Shown: positions 38,201 to 48,286 of the stretch, one piece after another
Numbering within the stretch: the first letter of the stretch is position 1
Layout of the letters: each line of letters begins with the position of its first letter
IMG/VR virus record: IMGVR_UViG_3300034417_000014
Location: 25,847-89,846 of that record
Strand: one strand, 5' to 3'
From: a virus
Length of the DNA: 64,000 nucleotides
Made by a program: the position numbers and the translations under genes
The notes under the pieces: model-generated
The model's input: the letters and a program-made list of their open reading frames with translations, nothing else
Databases searched by the model: none
What the model was told of the DNA's origin: nothing

Positions 38201-39126
38201 ACTTTTGTCCAGGATGCTTGCACTATACCGGCATTGTTAATTTCTTGTACCCAAACATCGTTCTCGTTAATGTTTTTATTAGGGATGCTTAAAACCCTGC
38301 TTGCAATTGGAAAGTCAAAACTATTGTCAATGTTAATCAAATCGCCTTGCTTGAAGTAAAAGAAAAAGCCAGTATTGTTTGAACTAAGTCCCTGCCCGTC
38401 GTTTCTGTAAATCAAAAACATTGCATTGTTAGGATCTGGCTCTCTTTCAAAAAAGTTTTCGCCGTCAGTGAAGTCTGGATTTACAACTTCCATCGGAAGG
38501 GATACGCCGTTAACATACACAGACACTGGATACGCAACTTCAATTCCAGGAATACTGTTCATTTGATAAAGGTGCGTATTAATATTATTTACAGATCCAG
38601 CTTTATATGGTTTCCCAAATGGATTAATAGACGAAAGTGTCGCATTAACAATCGCAATAAATTGCTCGTAGCTATCGCTGTTGTTTGGATCATCCCAAGC
38701 AATCGGCGTGTTACTAATATCTCTGCCAAGGCTATCTGTTAACGGCTCAGTTGTTTGAACCGTTACAATTTTAAACAATCCTTCTCCAGCAATATTTCTT
38801 TTTGGCTGGTAGTTCAACATTCTCGCCAAACGGATAATGCTCTCTTTTCTTTGAGCAGTATCCATAAAGTTTTCTCTGGAGTTCAAATCTACTCTGAACG
38901 CCAAGCTAGTCCCCAAATAAGATAACAATTCAATAATTGCAATAAATTCCGAACTCTCAATGTAGTCATTGAAATCTTCTGGGTAATGTGCGCTGATATA
39001 ATCTATCATCGACTGCTTTATAGAATCAAAGTCGTATGCTCTAAAATCGACGTTTTTAAAGCTCTGATAGATTTTTGTAAAATCTTCTGCGGCGAATAGG
39101 TTTTCCTGGCGGATGGATTGTGACAT
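35272..39126 (-). CDS. baseplate wedge subunit (T4 gp6-like)
   Basis: YDFDSIK...DFNDYIESSE...ENFMDTAQRKES; FPDGNFGEIP; SETNEEIKVRAP..Y.TQNRMV...DY. Confidence 0.9.
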   Translation of the reverse strand: MSQSIRQENLFAAEDFTKIYQSFKNVDFRAYDFDSIKQSMIDYISAHYPEDFNDYIESSEFIAIIELLSYLGTSLAFRVDLNSRENFMDTAQRKESIIRLARMLNYQPKRNIAGEGLFKIVTVQTTEPLTDSLGRDISNTPIAWDDPNNSDSYEQFIAIVNATLSSINPFGKPYKAGSVNNINTHLYQMNSIPGIEVAYPVSVYVNGVSLPMEVVNPDFTDGENFFEREPDPNNAMFLIYRNDGQGLSSNNTGFFFYFKQGDLINIDNSFDFPIASRVLSIPNKNINENDVWVQEINNAGIVQASWTKVDNTNGNENIIFNSISKNVRKIYSVITKTGDAIDIEFPDGNFGEIPTGLFRTWVRTSAGTSYVLRPEDAQNLEVIIPYYGADNLQYVMTFSCSLQESINNSSPSETNEEIKVRAPQVYYTQNRMVNNEDYNVFPLSQGNSIAKIKTINRTHAGHSRYIDINDPTGFHQNLLLLAEDGALYKDGRVPTITSYLNNNPGEEYSIASSDLTAFLKGTQLSNFFYSDYLNEYKRLKSSEYDLNSSTYNQFNVYEFLGSYTWSPQPDAAKNNTGNILSASGAKFNYLAQPGTQVGNHPVSNAPIYDKDFGYFRFFEPGAMVKFVNPASSSDFQWAVVDSVTQHTGTLVDGVMFTFSVEIPKGWRVHDIMPAFRKEFTDAELTNISSEMIKRNNFGIAYDVELDLWSLVSTPSNDYFNLSTPENSWLVDATFDPTEVAYTFVSRGSRYVFESLQEVRFFFDTNQENFDVQTLESDVDEIEILDSNASPNYTETWIQSGGYWVNASNMSISYSVGTGIFLADRSISNSNATASIYTVIGTSGAPLPIHNGFISATDIGAVSATDKIIVKYTDNATPLGSKAILNLFNPVFEEDGYLDPSKVEVIPADTNKDGIPDEPELFNRLVSQDDIIFLINYIDSDNNKTRLLWQSKWSDFRIDPFTGLTYSDLLSNELFLIKDGTQVAFLNAVNSLISTHLTQTAEAAIIATKIVYIEKREPISDEIIVNNMTNFSPINIMSIDSAEINKIINLQPGAPVSLVTDSEHFVRNGRSFTLNTNVETEPFTFKWRHYAPIDNRIDPSISNIMDMIVLTDAYYNGVLSWKNSNLPITEFPPKPTTQELSVAYDTFNDYKMLSDEIVFNSASFRVLFGRSAAPELQARFKVIKTTTTTFSDNEIKSKVISAIDSFFGIDNWDFGETFYFTELAAYIHKQLTGVISSVVLVPTYGTSQFGNLFQVKSEPNEIFISTATVSDIDIVSNLTNTNMRL

Positions 39127-39127
39127 G

Positions 39128-39505
39128 TTATAGGCTCTCTCTTATGTCTTTCTGAAATTCTATCAGTAAATGGTCTGCTGTGTGTTGTGGGATGAATAGA
39201 AGTTCTACGCCAACCCGTATGCCGTTGTCTATTTCTGTTAAAATCGGATCTGAAATTAATCGGACTCTAGGTTCATTCCCAATCACTTTCTTAACGTCGT
39301 TTAGGACGTCTTCTTTTGATATTGCATCTAGTGGATCCATAATGAGCTCATGGATAATAGAACCGAAGTTTGGAAGCATTACTCTCTCGCCAACACGAGT
39401 GTTAAACTCGTTTAGGATGTCCTGTTTTACCAGTTCGATGTCAGTTATCGTATAGGGAGGGGACAATCTTCCCACGGTTGTAAATCCCACATAGGTTGCT
39501 TTCAT
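39128..39505 (-). CDS. baseplate wedge subunit (T4 gp25-like)
   Basis: GERVMLPNFGS.I..L..DP...EPRV motif. Confidence 0.9.
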   Translation of the reverse strand: MKATYVGFTTVGRLSPPYTITDIELVKQDILNEFNTRVGERVMLPNFGSIIHELIMDPLDAISKEDVLNDVKKVIGNEPRVRLISDPILTEIDNGIRVGVELLFIPQHTADHLLIEFQKDIRESL

Positions 39506-39638
39506 CAGTTCTTCCTTTTCTTTTGTGTATTTATCTATAAATTTACCAGTGGTTTAACAAAGGACTTGACAATATAAATGCAGAGTGTATACTGTGTTGG
39601 CAGTTAACAATTCACTAACAAACCTGGAGTTCCACTAA

Positions 39639-39887
39639 ATGACCGATAACATTCTGAAACGCTACAATTCCATTAGCAAAGCTGCTGAACAATTGAACTC
39701 AGCAAACAAAGAAAAACGCTTTGTTCCAATGCAGCATGGGCGAAATGGCCGAGTTACAGAAGTTGGTATTTACGACTATTTTAACAAAAAATATGTCGTT
39801 ACAGATGTACGTGCATTTGATGCACTAGTAGTATTGGACGAAATGGAGGCACTTCTTAAGCAGCCTGGCAAGAAAAAATTCTGCTGA
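39639..39887 (+). CDS. small hypothetical protein on the opposite strand inside the baseplate cluster
   Basis: TTGACA(39566)-16-TATACT promoter; GGAG RBS; downstream terminator. Confidence 0.75.
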   Translation: MTDNILKRYNSISKAAEQLNSANKEKRFVPMQHGRNGRVTEVGIYDYFNKKYVVTDVRAFDALVVLDEMEALLKQPGKKKFC

Positions 39888-39906
39888 TTAGCCAACGTTA
39901 GTAGTC

Positions 39907-39930
39907 AAAAAAGGGGCTTCATGCCCCTTT
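39907..39930. terminator. bidirectional intrinsic terminator
   Basis: aaaaaaggggc-ttcat-gccccttt. Confidence 0.75.
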
Positions 39931-41412
39931 ATTTACGTGCTCTGGGCACGGTTCATAAGTAATCAACCTCGACGCAACAGTGTAAAGCTGTCCTGTCTTC
40001 CTGTTATATCTAAACGCATCGCTAAAATCTGCTAACACATTTGTCTTCTGATTTACAGTTGGTGGCGTCGCTGCCACGGCATCTGTAGCTGCTTGCGAGC
40101 TTGCTGCTGCGGGGCCATTTAAATGTATTGCAGCACCTGTCTGTACTATATTAGCCCCAGCTAAGACGTTTGTAGACGCTGCTGATTGCAAGTTTAGGGC
40201 GGCACCGCTCTTAACATTTAATGCTCCAGCTGATTGATAATGCGCAGTTGCATTTGTCTTAAGATGAAGTGCGCCGTTGCTAGTAACTTTTGTTACTGCT
40301 CCAACAACAGTGTCGGAATTTTGCCCTACACTGAAATGGTTATCCTTCTGTACAACCACATCTAAATTGTTTAGTGCTCTAATTTTTATGTCGCCACCTT
40401 GACCCGAACCTTCACTTCCTATATCGCTGCCTGGAGTTCCAGTATGATCTTTTGCTGCTTTTAAGTTCACATTTCTGCCAGCCTCAATATTCACATCTCT
40501 GTCTGCTCGGAAGTTGATGTCCTCTAACGCCCTTACTGACATAGACTTTGCGCCAAATATATCGACGTTGCCATCTGCATCCATTTGTATCCAGGAAGTA
40601 CCTTTTTTGTTGATGACATAAACTAAACCATTTGTCTCATCAACTTTTATTTGTGCTCCACTTTTAGTTCTGAATGCAATGTATTCTGTGCCTACGCCAT
40701 CATCAAAAACTAACTGACTGCCGCCGGTTCTGTGTCCAGGGCTTCCTGCAATTTCTGGTCCTGGTGTGGAAATTCCGTACACTTGTGATGGCGATTCTCT
40801 TCTAGCAGAACTAGAGTTCATTCCCCTCACTTTGTCTTGTGCAAGCCCTTGTTGTGAAATGCCGTTGTATGCAGTTGTATTAACTGGACGTTGAACACTG
40901 TCTGGATTAGGAATATCCGGACGTAATTTATTATATTCTCCAACTGGCAATGGCTTCCCTTTGCTTTCCCCGCCCACGTTATTTTGATAATGGTTAGAGT
41001 CTGCTGCATGGCCCGGAACTGAAAAGTTTGAGTACTGCTGTGGTACACAACCGAACCAGTATCCTCGAACAGGGTCTCCGTTTACGAAAAAGACTGTTAC
41101 TTGATTGCCAACGTCGGGCGGAACAAACCACATGCCGTATGATACTTGGCTGTCTTCATAATTTGGGCTACTAGATTTATTCTTAGTATAATCAGTGTGT
41201 CCAAAAAATGGAGAACAGTAGTTGACAATTTTCCATGAATTTTCGTTGTCTTGCATGCCGCCCATTTCTGGAATCCAGATTCTGAGCCTTCCATTTTTCT
41301 GTACATCGGAGTTATCTTTTATAAACCCAATGTATATGCCATTTAATTTAGTAATCTTATTACTAGATTCATGACTATGTGTGCCGTGCTTAGTTCTTTT
41401 ATATACTGGCAT
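39919..41412 (-). CDS. baseplate hub / central spike (T4 gp5/VgrG-like OB-fold plus beta-helix; no lysozyme domain evident)
   Basis: GRLRIWIPE, SYGMWFVPPDVG.QV.V.F..GD, RTKSG.QI..D and beta-helix repeats; likely start MPVYK at 41412. Confidence 0.85.
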   Translation of the reverse strand: MPVYKRTKHGTHSHESSNKITKLNGIYIGFIKDNSDVQKNGRLRIWIPEMGGMQDNENSWKIVNYCSPFFGHTDYTKNKSSSPNYEDSQVSYGMWFVPPDVGNQVTVFFVNGDPVRGYWFGCVPQQYSNFSVPGHAADSNHYQNNVGGESKGKPLPVGEYNKLRPDIPNPDSVQRPVNTTAYNGISQQGLAQDKVRGMNSSSARRESPSQVYGISTPGPEIAGSPGHRTGGSQLVFDDGVGTEYIAFRTKSGAQIKVDETNGLVYVINKKGTSWIQMDADGNVDIFGAKSMSVRALEDINFRADRDVNIEAGRNVNLKAAKDHTGTPGSDIGSEGSGQGGDIKIRALNNLDVVVQKDNHFSVGQNSDTVVGAVTKVTSNGALHLKTNATAHYQSAGALNVKSGAALNLQSAASTNVLAGANIVQTGAAIHLNGPAAASSQAATDAVAATPPTVNQKTNVLADFSDAFRYNRKTGQLYTVASRLITYEPCPEHVNKGA

Positions 41413-43472
41413 TAGTAGAAGTCCGAAATTTGTGTTAAGTCTAACAGATTGTCTCTGATACACTCTAGTTCTTGTGTGAACCATCCTTTGTCAAAAGAGT
41501 TCTTTACATTAATCACTGAGTAGACTGCGGTGATTAACGAGTTTCCAGAAAACTTCGGTGGCTGATTTCCTTCCCCAAACACTGCATTTATTTCTGGTGT
41601 CGCAGTTGTAAATAACAAATAGTTTTGAGAAAAGTTTACAGGAGCACATTCTTTTTTGCCGTTTGCGTAAAAGTCCTTTACTAATTGTGTTAGGCTTTCA
41701 TCTAGTGACGGTGCAGCAGCTTTTGAATTCGCCGGAAACGGACTATTCATCCAATATGGATCACCTTTAATTTTTAAATCTATAGTAATAAAATCTGCGT
41801 TTTTGTTGTGCATTAGCTGTGTAAACATCGCACTTAAGAATGTTTTTCCAGAAGTTTTACTGCCTGGCACGCCGTCAACATTACTGTTTGTGGAAGTGTT
41901 AAACTGCTCCACAATTGTTACTGGCTGCACTGTTTCTGGAACCCAACCTGGCCGCATTGGAATTGGCGTATTTGCAATATTTTGTGAGACTATAGTATCT
42001 GTGCCAAATATTGCTGGCGCTGGATCTGTCGATAGTGGGTTGTGATCAAATATCCTAGACATTGCAGTTGTAGCGAACGGAGTAGTGTTATCATTACTCG
42101 CGTTTTTGTTAGGCTCAGCTTCATACTGTCGTGCCTGCTCTCCAGCTCTGTCTGGCAACTCTACATACCAAGCGTAATTAAACTTAATATCAAATTCTCG
42201 TATTTGGTTATTTTTTCCTGTAAACAAATAGTCGTATCTTTTTGCAAGAAGAAACTTTTGTCGATACGTTTTATATCTATTTTTAGATCTAGGAATAACC
42301 TCTAGCATTTGGTCACGCTTAGTAATTAACGTTGAAATATTAAATAACACTATGCGGTATCTGTATATTCTTGCATAATCATTTCTAGTCAAATCATACG
42401 AAATTAAGTCGTTCCCAGTCTCAATTCTGTAAAGTTGTCTGAACACGTCTTCGCTAGATTGATCCTGCTGCTGACTGTCGGACACTGGCTCGCCTTTTAT
42501 TTTTTTCTCGAAATATGTAGTGTTTGCCAATACAGAGTCGATAACCCTAACTAAGTCTGTCTTAGGTTCAAACGAAATTTGAACTCCTCCAGGGCCACCT
42601 TTAAAATTTACATATCTGTCATTCCTTCCTTGCGGGTCAGGAACAATGCTTGAATTTAGCAGCGCATTTGCTTCAACGATGTAGCTTGTGGGAAGATCTG
42701 TTCTTACTAAAGATGTCCCAAATACTTGAAAATCCCATTTGTCAGGCACACCTTGCAAACTAGTGCCAGGGGCACGTTTTTTTATTCTTTCTTCCTGTGC
42801 TTTGTTCAGTGCTTCTTCTAAGCGGACTAAAAATTCCGCCACTGTGCCTGCGGTTATAGTTGTTGTTTGTTGAAGGTTTGCAATGTGATCCATGTTTCCA
42901 ATATTGTCTGCGCCAATGCAGTTAAAATCATAAGTGCTGCCTGAGGAATTTACATGTATATCTACACCAACTACAGTTACCGGCCAGACCCAAGTCTTTC
43001 CACCCACTGTTACTGGTTGAGAAGTGTGTTCGGATCTTCCTTTAAAAGACAACGCTAAAATATAAGTTGTTTTTAAGTGATTTGGTCTGCCAATCCTTAA
43101 CAAGCCAGATCTCAGCGTATCCATTAGATTTGCTGAATGCTGCTGTGTTATCGTGAACGAAATGTTTGTGCTTGTTCCAGTCCCAGCCTTTGATGAATAA
43201 CCAGGTATTGTTTCTATTTTTAAATTATCGATAATATCACTAGTCACACCAGTTTCTGCAATCAAGTAACTCTTAACTGGATTCAAGTATTGTCTTTCTT
43301 TTTCAGAACCCTCGTCAATTGCATAAAATTTAATATGGTATGTGCTTGTATCAACTGCATCTAATTCGTTAGGTAGCCAGTTAACAACAGTTTCGTTATT
43401 TACGGAACTGAGGGATTTATACGGAGTGGCACCTGCACCTGGCACATTTGAGATCATGTTAAAATCTGGCAT
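41412..43472 (-). CDS. baseplate hub protein (gp27-like)
   Basis: Lies between gp53 and gp5; DLKIKGDPYW and Y.VI.V...F..G.FTQEL motifs. Confidence 0.7.
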   Translation of the reverse strand: MPDFNMISNVPGAGATPYKSLSSVNNETVVNWLPNELDAVDTSTYHIKFYAIDEGSEKERQYLNPVKSYLIAETGVTSDIIDNLKIETIPGYSSKAGTGTSTNISFTITQQHSANLMDTLRSGLLRIGRPNHLKTTYILALSFKGRSEHTSQPVTVGGKTWVWPVTVVGVDIHVNSSGSTYDFNCIGADNIGNMDHIANLQQTTTITAGTVAEFLVRLEEALNKAQEERIKKRAPGTSLQGVPDKWDFQVFGTSLVRTDLPTSYIVEANALLNSSIVPDPQGRNDRYVNFKGGPGGVQISFEPKTDLVRVIDSVLANTTYFEKKIKGEPVSDSQQQDQSSEDVFRQLYRIETGNDLISYDLTRNDYARIYRYRIVLFNISTLITKRDQMLEVIPRSKNRYKTYRQKFLLAKRYDYLFTGKNNQIREFDIKFNYAWYVELPDRAGEQARQYEAEPNKNASNDNTTPFATTAMSRIFDHNPLSTDPAPAIFGTDTIVSQNIANTPIPMRPGWVPETVQPVTIVEQFNTSTNSNVDGVPGSKTSGKTFLSAMFTQLMHNKNADFITIDLKIKGDPYWMNSPFPANSKAAAPSLDESLTQLVKDFYANGKKECAPVNFSQNYLLFTTATPEINAVFGEGNQPPKFSGNSLITAVYSVINVKNSFDKGWFTQELECIRDNLLDLTQISDFY

Positions 43473-43473
43473 T

Positions 43474-43767
43474 TTACATTCCTTGCAACGAACTTCTAGA
43501 TGGCACGTATATTTCTAAGCCAGCCACAAAATCTTCAATTGGATCGTTTATTAAGTCTGGGTTTCTAACTGCAAACACCCAAAACAAACTTACTGTCCCA
43601 TATAAATCATAACTCATTAAGTCCGGCCGTTTTTCATACTTGCGTAGTATTTTCGTCAAGGAATCATTTGAGCTAGGTGCAATTTCTATCGGTTCCCATA
43701 CATCTAAATAAAATTCCTTAACTGATGTTTGAGCATAAAAACTTGTGGGCTTCTTGAGATATGCCAT
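43474..43767 (-). CDS. baseplate wedge protein (T4 gp53-like, LysM-like)
   Basis: YEKRPDLMSYDLYGT..LFWVFA.RNPD. Confidence 0.9.
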   Translation of the reverse strand: MAYLKKPTSFYAQTSVKEFYLDVWEPIEIAPSSNDSLTKILRKYEKRPDLMSYDLYGTVSLFWVFAVRNPDLINDPIEDFVAGLEIYVPSRSSLQGM

Positions 43768-44441
43768 TAAATATACCCTCCGTTGTGAGATCCATTACTA
43801 CCGGAAATCATGTTTCCACGTCTAAAGGAATCCAAATTAAACGAATTCATTAATTTGTTTGGATTATATTGATAGTCTAGTGTTACAGAGACTGTCGTAA
43901 GTGCCGGGACATAAGATATGTTTGTTTCTGTGTGTTTCACAGGAACATAATCTACCGTGTCTGACAATTCCATAGTGTATGATTTTATAATTACAGGAAC
44001 ATCTTTATACATGTATGTTCCGTTGTAATCAAACAGCAATATGGGAGGCGGTGTTCCAGATAAGCCTTGGCCTGCTGTTTGTGCTCCAGTATAGCTTTTT
44101 GTAACACTTCTTAAGAAGTGCAACACTGCAAGAGTATATTTTGCTTCATCCAATGTTTGCGAAACAAACTTCCCAGTAACAATAATTTCAGACGGTGTTG
44201 AGTTTTTATAAACCAACTGCTTGTAGTTACTGTGAGTGAATGCCAACTCTTCATAATTTGCAGTTCCAGCTACAGTTACAACAGGCGTGTATGGAAAAAT
44301 TAGCCCGCCGGTTGCATACAGCGGATATAATACATTCGCTGGATCGTTTGGTCCCAAAACCCACTCAGTAGATTGTTTAAATAATTCGCTACGTTGGCCT
44401 GGCTTTGCTTTCAGTCTTGCTCTATAATCTGTGGTTGCCAT
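43767..44441 (-). CDS. baseplate/tail-tube junction protein (gp48/gp54-like)
   Basis: GLIFPYTP, THSNY, HFLRSVTK and GTPPPIL motifs; AGGA RBS before MATTDY. Confidence 0.7.
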   Translation of the reverse strand: MATTDYRARLKAKPGQRSELFKQSTEWVLGPNDPANVLYPLYATGGLIFPYTPVVTVAGTANYEELAFTHSNYKQLVYKNSTPSEIIVTGKFVSQTLDEAKYTLAVLHFLRSVTKSYTGAQTAGQGLSGTPPPILLFDYNGTYMYKDVPVIIKSYTMELSDTVDYVPVKHTETNISYVPALTTVSVTLDYQYNPNKLMNSFNLDSFRRGNMISGSNGSHNGGYI

Positions 44442-44496
44442 ATCTAAGTCCTGTGTAATCATATATTTATCTTAAAAATTACCGCCCTTATAGCTC

Positions 44497-44525
44497 TTGA
44501 CAATTACTCAAAAAGAACATACAAT
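44497..44525 (+). promoter_or_regulatory. sigma70-type promoter for the gp55-gp47-gp46 operon
   Basis: TTGACA-17-TACAAT. Confidence 0.8.
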
Positions 44526-44552
44526 ACAACAATAATAATAATTAGGAGTACA

Positions 44553-45416
44553 ATGAATACACCGCCTGCACCTAAAAGGAATTACCTGAACAATAAAGAC
44601 ATGCTCAGGGAAATACACAAAAGCAAAACATCATACTGCGAATATATCGATAAAAAATACTCCGTTTACGATTTTATTGTAGAAAATGAACAAGAGTGTT
44701 TTCTTCCGGAAAGTATTGAAGCAGCAAAAGTGGTAAGAGCAGCAAGACTGACACAAGAAAAAATTGACGAATTAGCAGCAACATTGTCTGCAGACGTTAA
44801 AGTTTCTAAAAAGTCCGTCACTAAAGTTCTTCCAGAAGAGATACCAACTGAAGATTTAGTGTTTCGTGTCATGACATACGAACACATACCTCTTGCCCCT
44901 GGCAGAAAGAAAAATCCAAAACGCACAGCAGACAACCATGCTAAACTGAATTTCATACCATTTGTCCATGCTAAGTTCTCCACATTTGAATATGGTGTAC
45001 CAGTTGATCTGGAAATTGTTGGCAAATCACATCACAAGAACGGCAGCTATTCTTTAACTCACGGTGCAGTTACTGATACACTTGCGCGTATGCTTATGAT
45101 GTTGACACATCGTTACAGCCAGCGTTCTAACTGGCGTGGATACACTTATGTGGACGAAATGAAGGGACAGGCACTGTTCCAGTTGTCGCAGATTTGTTTA
45201 CAGTTTAATGAATTCAAAAGTGACAACCCGTTTGCATATTACACTGCAAGTATTAGCAATGCGTTTAAACGAGTGCTATTGGAAGAAAAAGAACATCAGA
45301 AAATTCGAGACGATCTGCTCGTAAATAGTGGTCAGAATCCAAGTTTCACAAGGCAATTAGAAGTAGAAGAAGAAATTCGACGCCTTAGAGAAGCACACGA
45401 CCACACTGACGTTTGA
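44553..45416 (+). CDS. gp55: late-transcription sigma factor (T4 gp55-like)
   Basis: NYLNNKDML, SNWRGYTYVDEM and KSDNPFAYYT motifs; upstream of gp47/gp46. Confidence 0.9.
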   Translation: MNTPPAPKRNYLNNKDMLREIHKSKTSYCEYIDKKYSVYDFIVENEQECFLPESIEAAKVVRAARLTQEKIDELAATLSADVKVSKKSVTKVLPEEIPTEDLVFRVMTYEHIPLAPGRKKNPKRTADNHAKLNFIPFVHAKFSTFEYGVPVDLEIVGKSHHKNGSYSLTHGAVTDTLARMLMMLTHRYSQRSNWRGYTYVDEMKGQALFQLSQICLQFNEFKSDNPFAYYTASISNAFKRVLLEEKEHQKIRDDLLVNSGQNPSFTRQLEVEEEIRRLREAHDHTDV

Positions 45417-45422
45417 GGAATT

Positions 45423-46439
45423 ATGACTAATTTATTTAAAAAAGCAGCATGTTTTACAGACATCCATTTTGGCGCGAAAAACAATTCCAGAGAACACAAT
45501 AACGATTGCGAAGATTTTGTCCAATGGTTTATTGACGAAGCAAAGAAGCGTGGTTGCGAGACCTGCTTCTTTCTCGGGGATTGGCACCAAAACAGAAACA
45601 GCATCAATGTTTCTACACTTAACTACACCAACACTAATTTAGAAAAATTAAATGACGCATTTGAACAAACATTTTTCATAATTGGTAACCACGATTTATA
45701 CTTCCGTGAGAAGAGAGAAATACACTCTCTTCCTATGGGGAAGTTTTTGCCACGTATTAAAATGATAGATGATATTTTTATACAAGGCGATGTTGCTGTA
45801 GTACCTTGGTTAGTTGAAGATGAATGGAAAAAGATTTCAAAAATCAAATCAAAATATATGTTTGGTCACTTTGAGATTCCAGGATTTAAAATGAATGCTA
45901 TGGTAGAAATGCCAGACCATGGTGGGATTAACAGTGGGCACTTTCCAAATCAGGACTTAGTGTTTTCTGGTCACTTTCACAAACGGCAACAAAAAGACAA
46001 CATTCATTATATTGGAAATGCGTTTGCACATAATTATGGCGATGCATGGGACAAGGATCGTGGAGCAATGTTCTTAGATTGGGATGGCGAACCAGAATAT
46101 GTAAATTGGGCCGATGGTCCTAAATACATTAATCTGTCACTTAGCGAATTAATTGCTGACCCTGACTCACATCTTACAAATAAGACATTTGCTAAAGTGT
46201 TAGTAGACATAGACATTTCTTATGAAGAGTCGTTGTTTATCAGAGAAACATTTATGGATTCTCATAAAGCTAGGGAAATCAAACTTATTATTGATAGAAA
46301 TAGCGATCACACTGAAGACAATTCATCAGCAGACATTAATTTCGAATCAATTGATAAAATTGTATTAACACAAATCGAAGGCATCACTAGTGACAACTTC
46401 GATAAAAAGAAATTAATAGAAATTTATAACTCACTATAA
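45423..46439 (+). CDS. gp47: recombination endonuclease subunit (Mre11/SbcD, T4 gp47)
   Basis: TDIHFG, LGDW, GNHD, GHFE and SGHFH metallophosphoesterase motifs. Confidence 0.95.
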   Translation: MTNLFKKAACFTDIHFGAKNNSREHNNDCEDFVQWFIDEAKKRGCETCFFLGDWHQNRNSINVSTLNYTNTNLEKLNDAFEQTFFIIGNHDLYFREKREIHSLPMGKFLPRIKMIDDIFIQGDVAVVPWLVEDEWKKISKIKSKYMFGHFEIPGFKMNAMVEMPDHGGINSGHFPNQDLVFSGHFHKRQQKDNIHYIGNAFAHNYGDAWDKDRGAMFLDWDGEPEYVNWADGPKYINLSLSELIADPDSHLTNKTFAKVLVDIDISYEESLFIRETFMDSHKAREIKLIIDRNSDHTEDNSSADINFESIDKIVLTQIEGITSDNFDKKKLIEIYNSL

Positions 46440-46457
46440 AAATAAAAAGAGAGACAC

Positions 46458-48224
46458 ATGCTCACAATAAAATCTGTAACCATGAAAAACTTCATGTCTA
46501 TTGGTAATGTTACACAATCACTAAGTTTTGATGACCAAGACTTAGTTCTAGTATTAGGAGAAAATTTAGATTTAGGAGGCAACGATAGTCGTAATGGGGT
46601 AGGGAAATCATCTATTGTCAACGCGCTGTCATATGCACTGTTCGGTGTTGCGTTAACCAACATCAGAAAGGATAATTTAATTAACAAAACAAACAACAAG
46701 GGCATGGTTGTTACTTTAGATTTTGAAAGCAACGGTAAAAAATACCACATTGAACGTGGCAGAAAACCAGCAGTTTTCAAGTTTCAAATTAACGATAAGG
46801 ACGTAACTAACCCAGATTCCGATGAGTCTCAGGGTGAGAGCCGGCTTACCCAACAGGAAATTGAAAAGACACTTGGCTTTTCCCACACAATGTTTAAACA
46901 CATTGTTGCTCTTAATACTTACACTGAGCCATTCCTGTCTTTAAAGACTGGCGAGCAGCGTGAAATTATCGAACAATTGCTTGGCATTACTAAGTTGTCT
47001 GAAAAAGCAGAAGTCCTTAAAGAATTAATTAGGGAAACTAAAGACAACATTAAAGAAGCAGAGTTTAAAATCAAAGCATTGCAAGAAGCTAATCGTCGAA
47101 CAGAAGAAAGTACAGGCACATTACAAAGAAAAGCATCTGCTTGGGAAACATCACACGCAAGATTAATTTCGGACTTGTCTTCTAGCATTGAGAAACTATA
47201 TGCGATTGATATTGAAACAGAAATTGTCAATCAACGACTATTAGAAGAAATTTCCCAGAACGAATCTAAACAACGTGCTTACCAAAGGGAACTAGCTTCT
47301 TACGAAAAACAACGGGCTCAATTAAACAAACAGCTTGCTGGACTTGTTTCGAGCCATGAGAAAACAGAAACTTGTCTTTGTCCAACTTGCGATCAAGCAA
47401 TTGATGCAGGGATTAAAGACAAACTGTCTAAAGATTATGAATTAAAAACTGCCGAGTTAACTGAATTAGTTCATGAAAAAGACATTTCCATAAGTGAACT
47501 TAACACCAAAATTGACAGTTTGAATATTCCGGATAAGCCCGACACATTTTACGATTCGTTAGACAGTGCATACAATCACAAATCATCATTAGAGACTCTT
47601 GTTTCCAACTTAGAAAAAGAGATGGCTGCAACTAACCCATTTGTGGAACAAGTTGAGTTATTGAAAAACAGCATTCAAGAAATTGACTTTACTGCAATTA
47701 ATGATTTAACTTCTAAAAAGGATCACCAGGAGTTTTTACTTAAACTGCTAACTAGTAAAGATAGTTTTATTCGTAAGAAAATTATTGACCAAAACTTGTC
47801 GTACCTTAACAAGCGTCTAGATAATTACTTGTCTAAAATTGGCCTACCACACTCAGTTAAGTTTATGTCGAACTTAGAAGTAGAAATTACTGAGCATGGC
47901 CGTGAGTTAGACTTTGACAATTTAAGTCGCGGTGAAAGAACACGCTTAATTTTATCCTTGTCGTGGGCATTCAGAGACGTGTTTGAAAGTTTAAACAGCA
48001 AAATTAACTTACTGTTTATTGACGAACTGTTAGATAGTGGTATGGATACGCAGGGTATGGAAAGTTCATTAGCTGCATTAAAGTCTATGGTGCGTGATAA
48101 TAAGCGAAATATATTCCTTATTTCCCACAGAGAAGAGTTAATTGGAAGGGTAGACAGCATATTAAAAGTAGTAAAAGAGGGTGGTTTTACCTCAATAGAA
48201 ATATCATCAGATAATCCCACGTAA
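46458..48224 (+). CDS. gp46: recombination ATPase subunit (Rad50/SbcC, T4 gp46)
   Basis: NGVGKS Walker A; CPTC zinc hook; LSRGE signature; LFIDE Walker B; ISH. Confidence 0.95.
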   Translation: MLTIKSVTMKNFMSIGNVTQSLSFDDQDLVLVLGENLDLGGNDSRNGVGKSSIVNALSYALFGVALTNIRKDNLINKTNNKGMVVTLDFESNGKKYHIERGRKPAVFKFQINDKDVTNPDSDESQGESRLTQQEIEKTLGFSHTMFKHIVALNTYTEPFLSLKTGEQREIIEQLLGITKLSEKAEVLKELIRETKDNIKEAEFKIKALQEANRRTEESTGTLQRKASAWETSHARLISDLSSSIEKLYAIDIETEIVNQRLLEEISQNESKQRAYQRELASYEKQRAQLNKQLAGLVSSHEKTETCLCPTCDQAIDAGIKDKLSKDYELKTAELTELVHEKDISISELNTKIDSLNIPDKPDTFYDSLDSAYNHKSSLETLVSNLEKEMAATNPFVEQVELLKNSIQEIDFTAINDLTSKKDHQEFLLKLLTSKDSFIRKKIIDQNLSYLNKRLDNYLSKIGLPHSVKFMSNLEVEITEHGRELDFDNLSRGERTRLILSLSWAFRDVFESLNSKINLLFIDELLDSGMDTQGMESSLAALKSMVRDNKRNIFLISHREELIGRVDSILKVVKEGGFTSIEISSDNPT

Positions 48225-48286
48225 TAACCGCAATGGCGTGAACTCCGATAAATAGCAGTTTAACACTATCTGCCCACGGAGTTCAC

